Origin: Felis catus
Lineage: Eukaryota
Length of the DNA: 64,000 bases
Assembly (NCBI RefSeq): GCF_018350175.1
Contig: NC_058368.1
Span: forward strand, 89,964,001-90,028,000
Direction of reading: 5' to 3'
In this document: piece by piece, positions 1 to 37,450 of the stretch
How positions within the stretch are numbered: the stretch's first letter is position 1
Layout of the letters: each line of letters opens with the position of its first letter
Notes under the pieces: model-generated
Seen by the model: only the letters and a program-made list of their open reading frames with translations
Told to the model about the DNA's origin: nothing
Database searches by the model: none
Translations under genes and position numbers: made by a program

Positions 1-223
1 GTGGATTGCTAGCTTGTGGCCTCATTGAGCCTAAAGCCATTTCAGAATGCCTGAACTAGTTTCTGGATAATGAAGTGTTCATCATCCCCTATTTGACATA
101 AATGCCAAAACACATTTGACGATACTGTAGGCCACAGGTCAGAGGTCTGTGCGTAGTCAGGTTGGTAGGTGCTTTTAACCCAAAGAGAGCAGTGTATTTC
201 CTCAGGTTTAAATTGTAGTCGTA

Positions 224-469
224 GGGGCACCTGGGTGGCTCAGTCGGTTAAGTGTCCGACTTCGGCTCAGGTCATGTTCTTATGGTTCGTGAGTTTGAGC
301 CCCGCATCGGGCTCTGTGCTGACAGCTCAGAGCCTGGAGCCTGCTTTGCATTCTGTGTCTCCCTCTCTGTCTGCCCCTCCCCCACTTGCGTGCACGTGCT
401 CTCTCTCTTTCTCTCAAAAATAAATAAATGTTTAAAAAAATAGTTTAAAAAATTAAATAAATAAAAAAT
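224..469 (+). mobile_element. CAN-SINE (SINEC_Fc-like)
   Basis: tRNA-like head ggggcacctgggtggctcagtcggttaag, (CT)n tract, A-rich tail. Confidence 0.9.
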
Positions 470-648
470 AACTTGTAGTAGATGGTAACACGTCCACTCT
501 CATCACCGCTAAGTGATGTTTGCTCACAGGAGTCTCTGTGGGAGGAAAGCTTGTAGAGAGTTTCAGACTGTCAAATCGTTGTCCTTCACTTCCGAATTGA
601 ACTTCACCTTTTCATAGCATTTCTCTCTTCACCAAACTTTTCTTCCAG

Positions 649-26100
<25,452 letters not shown>

Positions 26101-26935
26101 AGAACAAGAGCCCGAGAAGGCCATCACCACCTGCAGTGTGGTTCAAGGTCTGTCCCGGTGACATCAAGTGAGAAGAACAGCAGGCGTTCTGTGTGTTCCA
26201 AGTAGATCCCAGTAGAACTTGACAAGCTTTCACGTGCCTTGTACCCAAGTGCTTTGCTCACAGCAGATACTGTTTCTCTGTGTCCTGAAGTCGCCAGAGG
26301 AGAAGGGAATCATTGTTTACACATGGGGATCAGAGCGGACTTTTCCACTACTGTGCAATAGAGACACAGCTCTCTTCAGAGTAACTGTGAACCTTTTTGT
26401 AACCAACGCTAGTTAGTTTTGAAAGACAAAATATTTATAATGATGATTGTATAGCTTTTAAGTTATTTTTCTAGTATGTGGCTTTCTGTAGCCAACGTAA
26501 TGCCCAGACCATGCACCCCAGCCTCCTGGCAGAGGGCATTCATCTCAGATTTGAGCACAAGGCATTGCCTCCCTGCACTCCTCTCTCCTCTCCTGCCCTC
26601 TCTTGGCTGCCCCTGAATCCCAGTCCCCTGACATCAGGGAAGCCCTCCCACCATTTCCCTGTGCCTCCTGTAAATCCTTTCAAAATCTCAATGTCCTTTG
26701 ACAGAGTCTTCTCCTATAAATCCCTCTGACTCTCCAACTTCTGTTAAATTTGATCATGGTTCTTTTTAAGCCCAGGCAGCATTTTTGGTCCCTGCTTCTA
26801 CCTATAGTAAAACAGCTTGAAATATCCCATGCAAGAAAGTAGTTTTCAAGTGGGCTATCTTGCCCTCTGTTTAAAAGCGTGCACAATCAAGATACTATGC
26901 AATTTTAAGACAATAAAGACAGTACAATTCTTTTT
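26101..26935 (+). other. GFPT2: GFPT2 3' UTR (end approximate)
   Basis: SINE-free stretch from the stop codon to AATAAA, with an AU-rich block near 26430-26475. Confidence 0.75.
26912..26917 (+). terminator. Polyadenylation signal of GFPT2
   Basis: AATAAA followed by a T/GT-rich downstream element (tttttttggcttgtgcatttggatttttgtt). Confidence 0.8.
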
Positions 26936-27043
26936 TGGCTTGTGCATTTGGATTTTTGTTATTCTCATTCTTTTTGTGTACTTGGATTGTGAGGGCTTCT
27001 CAAAACAGGAACTCAGCAGTGTCTGGTGGGAGTGAACCCCGTT

Positions 27044-27045
27044 TC

Positions 27046-27081
<36 letters not shown>

Positions 27082-27280
27082 GCTTTTGAAGTTTATTTAT
27101 TTTGAGAAAAAGAGAAAGCATGAGTAGGGGAGGGGCAGAGAGAGAGGAGAGAGAGAGAATCTCAAGCAGGCTCTGCACTGTCAGTGCAGAGCCCGATTTA
27201 GGGCTCGAACCCATGAACCATGAGACCACAACCTGGGCCAAAAGTCAGACACTTAAACCACTCAGCCACCCAGGTGCCCC
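27044..27280 (-). mobile_element. CAN-SINE with (TTTC)n tail
   Basis: Reverse-strand head; tail expanded into a tetranucleotide repeat. Confidence 0.9.
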
Positions 27281-28073
27281 AAGCCCTGTCTCTTGGTAGC
27301 CCATGGTGCTGTGCCCACACTTGTGACCTGCGTCCTTCTTGTATGAAAATGAAGACTGTTTATTTTACACGATGAAACAAAATGCAGGATGTTTGAGACT
27401 CTTCACTGAGTCCACTGAAGAGCTGTTGGAGGGGGCTGGACCACGTGATGCTCTTTCAGATGGCTGCCCAGAACCTGAAAGCATCATGCAGGCATGTGAA
27501 ACTCTCTAATGTATACTTTTTTATTTCCATGAGTCTATCTTGGTCACCGATTTTATTGATATAATCAGGCAGGAAGATCAGAAGCTAGAGAGGGTTCTGA
27601 AGGCTTGTGGGGTCTGACTTTAGGCTCCCAATGAAAGTGGCTCTCCCAGAGGCTTGTCCTCATGACCACTATGTCCTCATGACCACTGGTCGGTTTGAGT
27701 AGCTCTAGTATAGCATCAGACCTTTGTTCAGAATTATCTGTGGGCTACTCATTAACTTTTCCATCCTCTTCTATGCTGTCCCCTGTATCACAAGACTTGG
27801 AAACCTGGGAATTACATTTCCAGGTTAAATTCCACCAGTGAGAAGCATCATGGAAGATTTGGAAGATACTTTAGAAGTCATATTGTTTTTGAGAAATCAT
27901 GTTGTTTATTTCTCCCCTGGCAGAAGCAGACAGAAGTGTGGCTTCAGCAGATAGGAGGTCCTGCCATGGCCCTTAGCCCCAAAGCACTCGCCATGGCAAT
28001 ATTGCCTAAAATTCACCTACCCCACAGTGGGGGCCACCAGCAGAGGCTTCCTGCAACTACAGCAGCATCCTGC

Positions 28074-28315
28074 TTTTAAAAAAAATTTTTTTCAATGTTT
28101 ATTTATTCTTGAGAGACAGAGACAGAGCAGAGCAGGGGAGGGGCAGAGAGAGAAGGAGAATCTGTAGAACAGAATCTGAAGAACAGAATCTGAAGCAGGC
28201 TCCAGGCTCTGAGCTGTCAGTACAGAGCCTGACGTGGGGCTCGAACCCACGAATCATGAGATCATGACCTCAGGGGAAGTTGAATGCTTAACCGACTAAG
28301 CCACCAGGCGCCCCC
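28074..28315 (-). mobile_element. CAN-SINE
   Basis: Reverse-strand head; internal agaacagaatctgaag duplication. Confidence 0.9.
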
Positions 28316-30404
28316 AGAATCCCGCTTCTGAAGAGCTGGCAGGAGCCCAGGAGCCACAGCGGCATTCTCCAACCCACATCCACCAGCCCTTCCCACAGAT
28401 TAACCAGGGCATAAGTCCTGCTGGAAACACTACTGGTGCTGGTTTCTGCCTTTTTAACCAGACGGTGGTCATTACAATTTCAGAGGTTAGGAGACTTTAT
28501 GAACTAGCCAGAACATGTTTATCTGGACAAGACCTAGAGAGACGCATTTCATTTTTACACCCAAGAGGCAATGACCATTCTGACTTTTGTACAAATCAGT
28601 CTCTTGCTTTTCATTATAGTTCTACCTGTGTATCTCTCCCCAAGTCATATACCACCTAGTCTCAAAAACAGAAGGCAAGCACACACGAGCTGTGCAAGGA
28701 GAGGGCAGCACTGCCCCCGCTGGACAGAAGCACCAGGAGTGGGGTGAGGAGAGCACTCTCCCAGGTCCAGGGGCTGACTTCCCCTTCACTGGGAGCTGAC
28801 AAGGCCCCTTCTGGGGAAGTGGCAAGCAAGCTCACAAGTGACTCTGGGGAAACACAGGGCTCTCCACAGCTGGGCGCCTGGCAAGGCTGAGGTGTGCACC
28901 GGGTACCCAACAGAAGTATGGTCAGAAGGAATGGGCTGCCCTGTACTTTCCACTTCCGAGCCCGCCATGGCCCTCTGGCTCTCAGGGAAAAGCTGAGAAC
29001 TTCTGGGAGTGATATGTGTGTCTTAAGCAGAGCATGAGGGGAGATACCCTCAGCAGCACACGGTCACAACAAGCCAAGTCCTGGTGAGAATCTGGGCCAA
29101 GCTCTCCTGGGTGATCTGTCCTTGGGTTAGGAGAATGGTCCAATGGAAGTGGTGGGGGGAGTCTTGGTGATGACCAGCTGTCTGCCTCTCAGGTCACACT
29201 GAGGCAGGACAGCTCAGCTGCCCTCCACATCTGGAGCAGAGCTGCTGTCCCGGGATCATTCCATCATCCTCCGAGGGATTCCCTTGTCCTCTTTCCATAT
29301 CTCATGTCTTCCTTCTTAGTTTCCTTTTTTCATTTTGGTGGAATACATCCTTCTTGGGTAAAGGAGCCTGGGAGGTTAACTTTTGAGACCTTGAGAAATA
29401 AATGACATTATTCCTCACATGTGACTGGGGGTTTAGTTACACATAGAATTCTAGGTCACCAAAAAAATGTTTTCTTCAGAATTGTAAACGTGATGCTCTG
29501 TTATCTTGTTCACAGTTTAAGAACTTCAAAGTCACTCTGATACAGGGGACCTTTTTATTTCCTTCTTTGTCTCCCCGTGTTCTGAAATATCACAGCAAGG
29601 GGTCTTGGGTATCTTCTTACTTAGTGTTGACTTCAGGCTTGTACCTCCTGCCCCTCCATTCTGGGAACTTTCCTTGAATTACTTTTTGGTGGATTTCTTT
29701 CTGTGTGTCTGGCCTCTCTTATTTCAGAGGTTGGAGCTACTAGACTAGCCTCTCCTTTCTTATGTTTTTTATTGGGCATCTTATCTTTTTTGCTCTTACT
29801 AAATAGGAGATTTAATTTATTCTCCCAACCTGTTTACTACAAAGAGTTTTCATTTCTGCCAATACAATTTAATTTCCAAAAGTTCTTCTATTTATTTATT
29901 TTTTGCTTTGGACATATATACTTTTAATACATATTTTTAAAATTAACTACAGCCCATACTTTATTCATATTTCTTAGTTTTTATCTAATGTTCTTTTTTG
30001 CTGCTCTTTTCCTGACATCAGATGACACGTCTCCTTAAGCTTCTCTTGGCTGTGACTGTTTCTCAGATTTTCCTTTTTTTGTAGGATCTTGACATTTTTG
30101 TCAAATACCAGTCATTGGGTATTTTCGAGAATATTCCTCAGTTGGGCTTGTCTGATGCTTTTTGCATGGTTAGACTGGGGTAATGTGTTTCAGGAAGGAA
30201 GCCCCAGGAGTAAAGTGCCATTCTCATTACTTCATAATGCAGAGGGGGCACGTGCTATCAACATGTCTTGTCACTGTTATGTCAGTTTGGTCACCTACCT
30301 CAGGTAGTGCTTGTCACATACTCTAATTTTTCTCCCTTTCCATACTGAACTCTTTGGAAGGAAGTCATTATACCCTCCCCACACTTAAAACAGTGGGGTG
30401 ATGT

Positions 30405-30624
30405 GGCGCCCCGGTGGCTCAGTCAGTTAACCATCTGACACTTGATTTCAGCTGGGGTCACGATCTCACGGTCTATAAGTTCGAGCTCTGCGTCAGGCTC
30501 TGCACTGACAGTGTGGAGCTTGCTTGGGATTCTCTCTCTCCCTCTGCCCCTTCCTCACTTGTGCTGTCTTGATAAAGATAGATAGATGATAGATAGATAG
30601 ATAGATAGATAGATGATAGATAGA
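30405..30624 (+). mobile_element. CAN-SINE with (GATA)n microsatellite tail (~30577-30624)
   Basis: Head and CT tract followed by gata repeats. Confidence 0.88.
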
Positions 30625-30870
30625 AGTTATGCATCACTTCCTTGAGAGAGGATTATTTACATAAATTATTTGGGGTTCAGTACAGGTTTGTTCTCCTCCA
30701 TTTATTTTTTCATTTATTAAATCATTTATATCCATTAGTATAGGCTCATGGAAATGTATTTTAGGCTGGGTTATAATACAATACTGTTATTTCATTTATT
30801 GCTCAGATTGTCCCAGCTGTGGCCATTGGGAGCTCTTTCTGTTGGCTCTTGTATCCCTTCGACATACCCC

Positions 30871-30873
<3 letters not shown>

Positions 30874-30905
<32 letters not shown>
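30874..30905. repeat. (GT)n microsatellite
   Basis: About 16 GT units. Confidence 0.95.
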
Positions 30906-30910
<5 letters not shown>

Positions 30911-30930
30911 GTAAGCACTTCCTTACTTTC

Positions 30931-31159
30931 TTTTTTTTTTTTAATTTTTAACATTTATTTATTTTTGAGAGACAGAAGGAGACAGAGCATGAGCAGGGAG
31001 GGGCAGAGAGAGAGAAGGAGACACAGAATCTGAAGCCGGCTGCGGGCTCTGAGCAAGCTGTCAGCACAGAGCCTGATGCGGGGCTCGAACCCACAAACTG
31101 TGAGATCATGACCTGAGCCGATGTCGGATGCTCAACCGACTGAGCCACCCAGGTGCCCC
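30931..31159 (-). mobile_element. CAN-SINE
   Basis: TSD ttccttactttctt. Confidence 0.9.
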
Positions 31160-33006
31160 TTCCTTACTTTCTTGTACCACAAGATGCTCCAGACTCATCT
31201 TGTACATCTCCTGCCCCAGCCTGAGAATCAGCTACTGTTGATTTAGGACCCCTGGTTTCTTCTGTTGGAGAATGGCATTAGAAAACAGTTCCTGGGTTCT
31301 GGGTGTGCTTTGGCTGCTGCGGTGTCATTGCTTCTAGGCCATCTCAGCTGAGAGAGTAAGGACATATAGGCGTGCTGAATATGTTTTTGATGACTTCAAG
31401 GATGTGATACTTTTTCATTCTGTCTGAAGCCGGCAATATATTATTCCTTTCAGAATTTCCTTTTTCACATAGTCTCTGTTTCTTTCAAGATAGTTTTGTT
31501 TGGTTATCTTCGTTGGTTTCTGTTTTGACTTTGCCACATGACCTTGGGCTGTCCAGGCAGATTCAAGGTGGTGGGAAATTTCTTGAGTACGTGGTGGGGC
31601 TTGTTGATGCCGAGATCGACTGCTGGGCAATCTGGAGGGTTTGTTTTATGTTTTAGGGCTGGTCAGACTTCTGAGAAGAGTTTTCCAGTCCCTTGCTGTC
31701 AAGGGACTGCTGGTGCTCTGGGAGATGCCTGGAAAAAGGGGACGAGATCTAGTCTATTCAGCATTCAGTTATATGGCACCCACGCCCCCTTTCTTATCCC
31801 CTGGCTTCTGCCTTTCCCAGCTGTTTCTGCCCTTTCTCCTGCCATGTCTTCACATGAGTCTGACCGCCCAGCCCACAGATGCAAGCCCTGCCCGAGGAGC
31901 CCATCAGACTCCTCTTCTGGGGATTTTCAAACTTAATGTGGCACAGAGGGCCTGCCCCTCCTTGGGTGGTGAAAGACTAGCAGCTGACATGGGGAGGAGG
32001 AAGCTGACCCAGAGGAGAAAGGAATGTGATAAAGCATTTGCCCATAGCTCCCAAGGCTCTGGCCAGGTTCCTAGGCTGTGGTCCCAGGGCCGGCTCCACC
32101 CATTGATCTCCCAGGTGCAACAATGCAGGAACCTCCCAATAGTTGTCCCCATTGGGTTCAGTGTGGCTTAGCTTTCTCGAACACACAACCTGAACAGTCT
32201 TGGCTTGCATCCCCTGGCACATCGGGTCCTGGTCAGGGGTGGGGAGGAGGTGGGGAGGGAATGGGGAAGTGGGAGGAGAGCAGTCAAGGTCGGGAGAGGG
32301 GGGAGCAGAGGAGGCCAGCATGAAGACACTCATTGTCCCTGTGTGCAGTCTATTCCCCGAGCTTGGTACTTCTCTCCCTGAGACCTCACAGCAGCCCCAT
32401 CAGGTGGGGTCACCACCCATGCCCACTCCCCATGGAACTGAGCCTCAGAGAAGCAACCTCCTGCCCACAAGAGCACAACAAAGTGGAAAGCCCAGTTGGA
32501 ACCCAGTCAAGGCAAGTCAAGAGTGGATGATGAGATTGGAGCCAAGGAAACCTGTCAGCACTGTGACCCCTGGGCCAGCCTCAGGCCAGGGAGTGGAGCT
32601 TGAGCTCTTCTTCCTTCCCTCCTGTGTTCTCTTCTCCCCTGTGGGGCAGGGAAGTGGATAGTGTCTGCCAGATGGGTGGTATCAGCTGTGCCATCAAGGA
32701 ACCAAGTGCAAAGCAGGGAAGGGAGGAGCAGGGAGCAGTGAGGTCTCAGGAAAAAGGAGTGGCCAGTGGCCTTCATCTCAGAGGGCACATAGCCAGAGCT
32801 GCAAGGCTAAAGGTGACAGGAAAGGGGGAGGTGATAGAAAGCAGGTGGGCAGCTGGGATGCACATTCAATAAATCCTTCCTCTCCACAGGTGGGTGAGCA
32901 GGCCAAGGCCAGAGGTCCCCACCCCAAAAATCAAGTCAGGAACCTCCCTGACTCCTCCTCATGACTCACCCCTACATCCTACCTCTAGGATGGACAATTC
33001 TGCCTC

Positions 33007-33031
33007 TTTTTTTTTTAATGTTTATTTATTT

Positions 33032-33078
<47 letters not shown>

Positions 33079-33243
33079 TGAGCAGGGGAGGCACAGAGGG
33101 AAAGGGAGACACAGAATCCAAAGCAGGCTCCAGGCTCTGAGCTGTCAGCACGAAGCCCAATGCGGGGCTCAAACTCATGAACTGTGAGATCATGACCTGA
33201 GCCGAAGTCAGATGCTTAACCAACTGAGCCACCCAGGCGCCCC
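33007..33243 (-). mobile_element. CAN-SINE with long (AG)n tract
   Basis: TSD ggacaattctg. Confidence 0.9.
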
Positions 33244-33289
33244 AGGACAATTCTGTCTTTTAAATGGACATCTTTTCCTTACATCAAGT

Positions 33290-34200
33290 TTTTTAGTATA
33301 AATTACATACATGAAAAGTCACCTTCTTTTAGGTGCTCAGTTCTGAAATTTGATAAACATATAGTGATATGACCACTGCCATAATTAAAATAGAGTATAC
33401 CCATCATCTCAAAATATTCCCTCCTGGCCCCTGGTTATCATCCCCCACTTCCTCCACTTGACTTTGGCAAACACTGATCTGATTTTGCTTTTTCCAGAAT
33501 GTCCTGTAAACAGAATCAAAGAGGATGTAGCCTTGCTTGGCTTCTTTCACTTAGCATGATTTTTTTTTTTTAATGTCTATTTATTTTTGAGAGAGAGCAA
33601 AAGCAGAGGAGGGACAGAGAGAGACGGGGTCAGAGGATCCGAAGTGGGCTCTGTGGTGAAAGCGGAGAGCCTGATGCAGGGCTCGAACTCACGAACCGTG
33701 AGGTTGTAACCTGAGTCGAAGTCAGACACTTAACTGACTGAGCCACCCAAAGGCCAAGCATGATGTTTTTGTATTTATCTATGCTGTGCACTTGTCAATC
33801 AGTCCTTTTTGGTGCCAGGTAATATCCCACTGTATGGATGTACCTCAGTTTATTTACCCATCTGCTGGATTATCTACAGACATAGGCTGTTTCTAGTTTT
33901 TGACGGTTTTGAATAAAGTTGCCATAAACATTTACGTACAGCTCTTTGTGTGGACGTGTCTTTATTTTTCTCAGTTCCATATCCAGGAATAGGATTGCTG
34001 GGTGATACGACAGGTGTATGTTTAATGTTACCAGAAATTGCCCAACTGTCTTCCAAAGTGGACAAGCCATTTTGTTTTTCCGCCAGCGGTGGATGAGAGT
34101 TCTGACTGCTCCACATCAGTCATCACCACTTGATACTGTCCGTCTTTTTTATCACAACGGGTGTGTAGTGCTAGCTCACTGTGACTTTAATTTTCATTTC
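33290..34200 (-). mobile_element. Old L1 3' fragment with nested CAN-SINE (33560-33750, -)
   Basis: Minus-strand translation LWKTVGQFLVTLNIHLSYHPAILFL resembles the L1 ORF2 C-terminus; L1 3' UTR motifs. Confidence 0.75.
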
Positions 34201-36229
34201 CCTCAAGTCTTGAAGCAGTTTTAAAATCAGTTCTTTCCTTACACCTGGCCCCAGGCCAGGCCTCACCTTCTCCTACACAGGCTTTTGCAACAGCTCCCTA
34301 ACTGGTCTTGTGAATATAAGCCCCTCATCCTAGAAACTTCATGTGCTCTAGTGATCCTTCCAAAATAAATACCTAATCGCATCATTCACTTCCTTTCTTA
34401 ACACCCCTCAGCAGCTGCCCTTGACCTCCAGAGATGGAGCCCCTACCCTGCAATGCCTCAAGGGCCAGCAGGTAAGGGATGGTGAAGTCATGGCCAGAGT
34501 GGGGTGATAGGGAGTGGTAGGGGATGTGGTGATGTAAGGGCCTCCCCTAAATGGGCAGCTGCCACTCAGCTCCAGCTGACCACTACCTTCTGGGAATGCA
34601 GACCCCATGTTGTCAGAGCTTCTAACTATTCAAGAGAAACTGCCAGTTGAGATTTTCCAAGTGAAAGCTCCCAATTTTCAAATGTTGTCAACTAATAAAA
34701 AAAAAAAAAAAAAGCCACACTGGGCTAAACAAGCGTATCAGTGACTTGAAGCGAGTCCATGGGACTGTAGTCAGCAGTACCCATCCACCTCAAGGCCATA
34801 TTTCCCCATCGCCAACAAGACCAGGTGACCCTTGGTTTCCTGAACACAGTATGCAGGTCCTGACTTCTGAATCTTTGGGTCCCAGTGCCCTTTCTGCCTA
34901 AACCATTGGCCTAACACATTCTTGCTAGCCTTATAGCCTCGGCTCAGGCTTCCTCTTATCCAGAGGTCTTCCTCAACTATTCCTCTCCAGCTAGCAGGCT
35001 AGGTCAGCTGTCAGTCAGGCTCATGTGTATACCCCCCCACCCCCTACATGCCCCCGCTTCTCATCTCCCTTGGTCTCCACCAAAATTCTGTGCACTCTTC
35101 AAAGCATGGACTAGACCCTTCCCTACCTTGTCACCTCAGCTTTGTGTCTGTAAGTGTTCACTGTTATTTCATAAACCAGAAAAGGCAGAATCCTTTTAGA
35201 AAACTCAGCACGAAATATGTATAGGTGTGTATGTGTGCCCAGTGGTTTTTGGTACTCACTTTTCATGGGATGAGTGTTGTAAACTTGACTGGAGAGTGCA
35301 GGAATGGGTGCCCCTTCCTAATCCAAGGGGAAGCACCCACCAGTGCTCCTTAGTGAAGCCACAGCTCTGACAGCCAGGCTTTACTAGCCTCCCATAATCC
35401 TTGGTGATGGCAATTTTTGGCTCCCTGTTTTCTCCTGTGCACCTGGAGCAGGTGGCAGATGAGGCTGATGTGAGAACCAGTGTGGGCAGGAACCCACCAG
35501 GGGGCCCTCCTCAACGCAGATCACATTCAGGAGCTACAATTTCAAGCAAGGATGGGCCATACTCAATTTTAGAAAACTCCCTCTGGTGGCCAAGGTAGGG
35601 GGTGGCCTAACGAAGGACACCATGCCTGGATCCCTTCCTCTACCCTCCTCCTCTGAGGCCCTGGTGCCCTCAGCTGGCCCTGCATCACTGGCTTTCCATC
35701 CTCCCCAAATTCTGCCACCACCCTCCATGCCTCCCAGCCCCTTGACCTCCCCCTCGTTAGGATCCTGCTCCTTCCTCCCAATTTGGCCCCTGCCCTGATC
35801 ACCCGCTGGGCTCTGGCATGCTGGGCTCCTGCATCCTGCGAAAGCTGCTCCTCCTCCACAGTCCCCCCTCTCCCTGTCCTCAAAGTGTGCACCTCCCCCC
35901 ACCCTATCCACGGACCTCTGATCTTTTTTCAGTGTGTCCAGACTCCCTCCCTCCCTTCCAGCTTTGCTTATTTAAACGCAAATCTGGCAACACGAAATAT
36001 CCTGGCCTCTCCCATCTTTTCATATGACCCCAGGCCTGCTGGAACCCGACCGAGGGGCCAGAGGGCTGCAGGAGTTGGCTCATAAGAAGGTCGGTGTCAA
36101 GGGACCCCAGGACCTAGGGGACCCTCAGCACTGCACTCCCTTCTCCCCATTTACGACCTTGCCTTTCTCTGAGCCAGAGGTTTGACCCCTGGCCCGAATA
36201 CTCCAGCCTTTCCCCTCCTCCCTTCTGTC

Positions 36230-37450
36230 ACGGACCCGCCGGGGGCACTAGTCTGCACGTGGCCATCTCCTCGCACTCCGCCCTCCCCACCACCCGATTT
36301 CTAGCCGTTAGCAAGCCGCAGAGTCCAAGACCCCTGCCTCTCCTTCCCGCTCCCCCGCCGCGTCGGTCTCCTCGTCCTTCCAGGGGCCACACCGTGCCGG
36401 GTTCCTGGACGCCGGATGCCAACACCCCGGTCTCCCCTCGTCCTCGCCCGGGACTCTCCCCCAGACGGGCCGGCCCGTTCCCCTACAGGCCGCCTCGCCG
36501 CTGCCACCTTGCACCTGCAGCCCAGAGGGCCCGGCTCTCCTGCCGCCGGTCGGCCCTCTCCACCGCTTCCTGGCTCCGCGTCGGGCCTCTGCTTCGAGGT
36601 CCCCGTGGGGGGATGGAGGATCAGCGCGCGTACTGAGCCGGACCTGCGTCCCCAGCCCCGGGCGTGCTCCGCACAAGCCGGAGGAGCTGGGCGGCTGAGG
36701 GACACCGAGCCCCATCGAACCCCGCACGGTTATCCCGGCTCCGCCCGCCCCGCCCGTCACGACCCGCCCCCCGGCGCGATTGGCCGCGCCTGCCCGGCTC
36801 TCCGGACGCTGATTGGTCGGCGCGAAGGTCGTTCAGGCCGGGCGCCGCGGCGGCGGTGGCGGCGGCGGAGGAGGGGAAGGGAGCCGGACCGGAAGGGTCG
36901 AAGCGCCCCGGCGACCCTCACACCCACTGCAGCGGCGGCGGCGGGGCGGAGCGGAGCGGGGCGGGGCGGCCGGCCGAGCCCGGGGCAACGGAGCCGCGAG
37001 CCGCCAGTGCGCAGCGCCGCCAGTCCGCCCGCCCGCCCGCCCTCTCCCCCTGGCGCGGCGGCTGGGAGGCGAGGTGAGCAGGGCGGGCGGGCGGGCGAGG
37101 CCTGGCGGGGGCTGCTCGAGCGGGGCCCCGCCGGGGAGGGGCGGCAGGAGGGCCGCGCGGCCGCGGTCTGCAGGGCCAGGGGGCGCGGGGTCTCCGGGCT
37201 GGGGGCTACGGAGTGGGCCGGACTCTGTGGGGCGCAGACGGCCCCGGCCGCCGCCCCTGCCCTCCGGGCTGCCGCAGTCGCCTCCTCCCGCCCGGCTGTC
37301 AGCCGCCAGGGGCTTGCGGGCCCCGCTCCCTGGCCTGGCCCTGGCAGACGTGTCGTGGGTGATCTGTGGACGCCACCCCTCCAGATTGGGGGACACGCAG
37401 TTGCATACCCGCGTCGGGATGTTAAGGATCCCGGAGTCTGGTTTCCGCGA
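36230..37450. promoter_or_regulatory. MAPK9: CpG island / MAPK9 promoter
   Basis: Very GC- and CpG-dense ~1.2 kb in an otherwise CpG-poor window; GC boxes (CCGCCC) at ~36741-36770; ATTGG at 36779 and 36812; no TATA box seen. Confidence 0.9.
36840..37073 (+). other. MAPK9: MAPK9 non-coding exon 1 (5' end approximate)
   Basis: GGC-rich leader downstream of the CCAAT/GC boxes, ending at a strong donor GAG|gtgagc (GT at 37074). Confidence 0.7.

Noticed and set aside
224..310. tRNA-like A/B-box sequences here and in all SINE heads
   Set aside because: tRNA-derived SINE heads followed by a CT tract and A tail, not tRNA genes.
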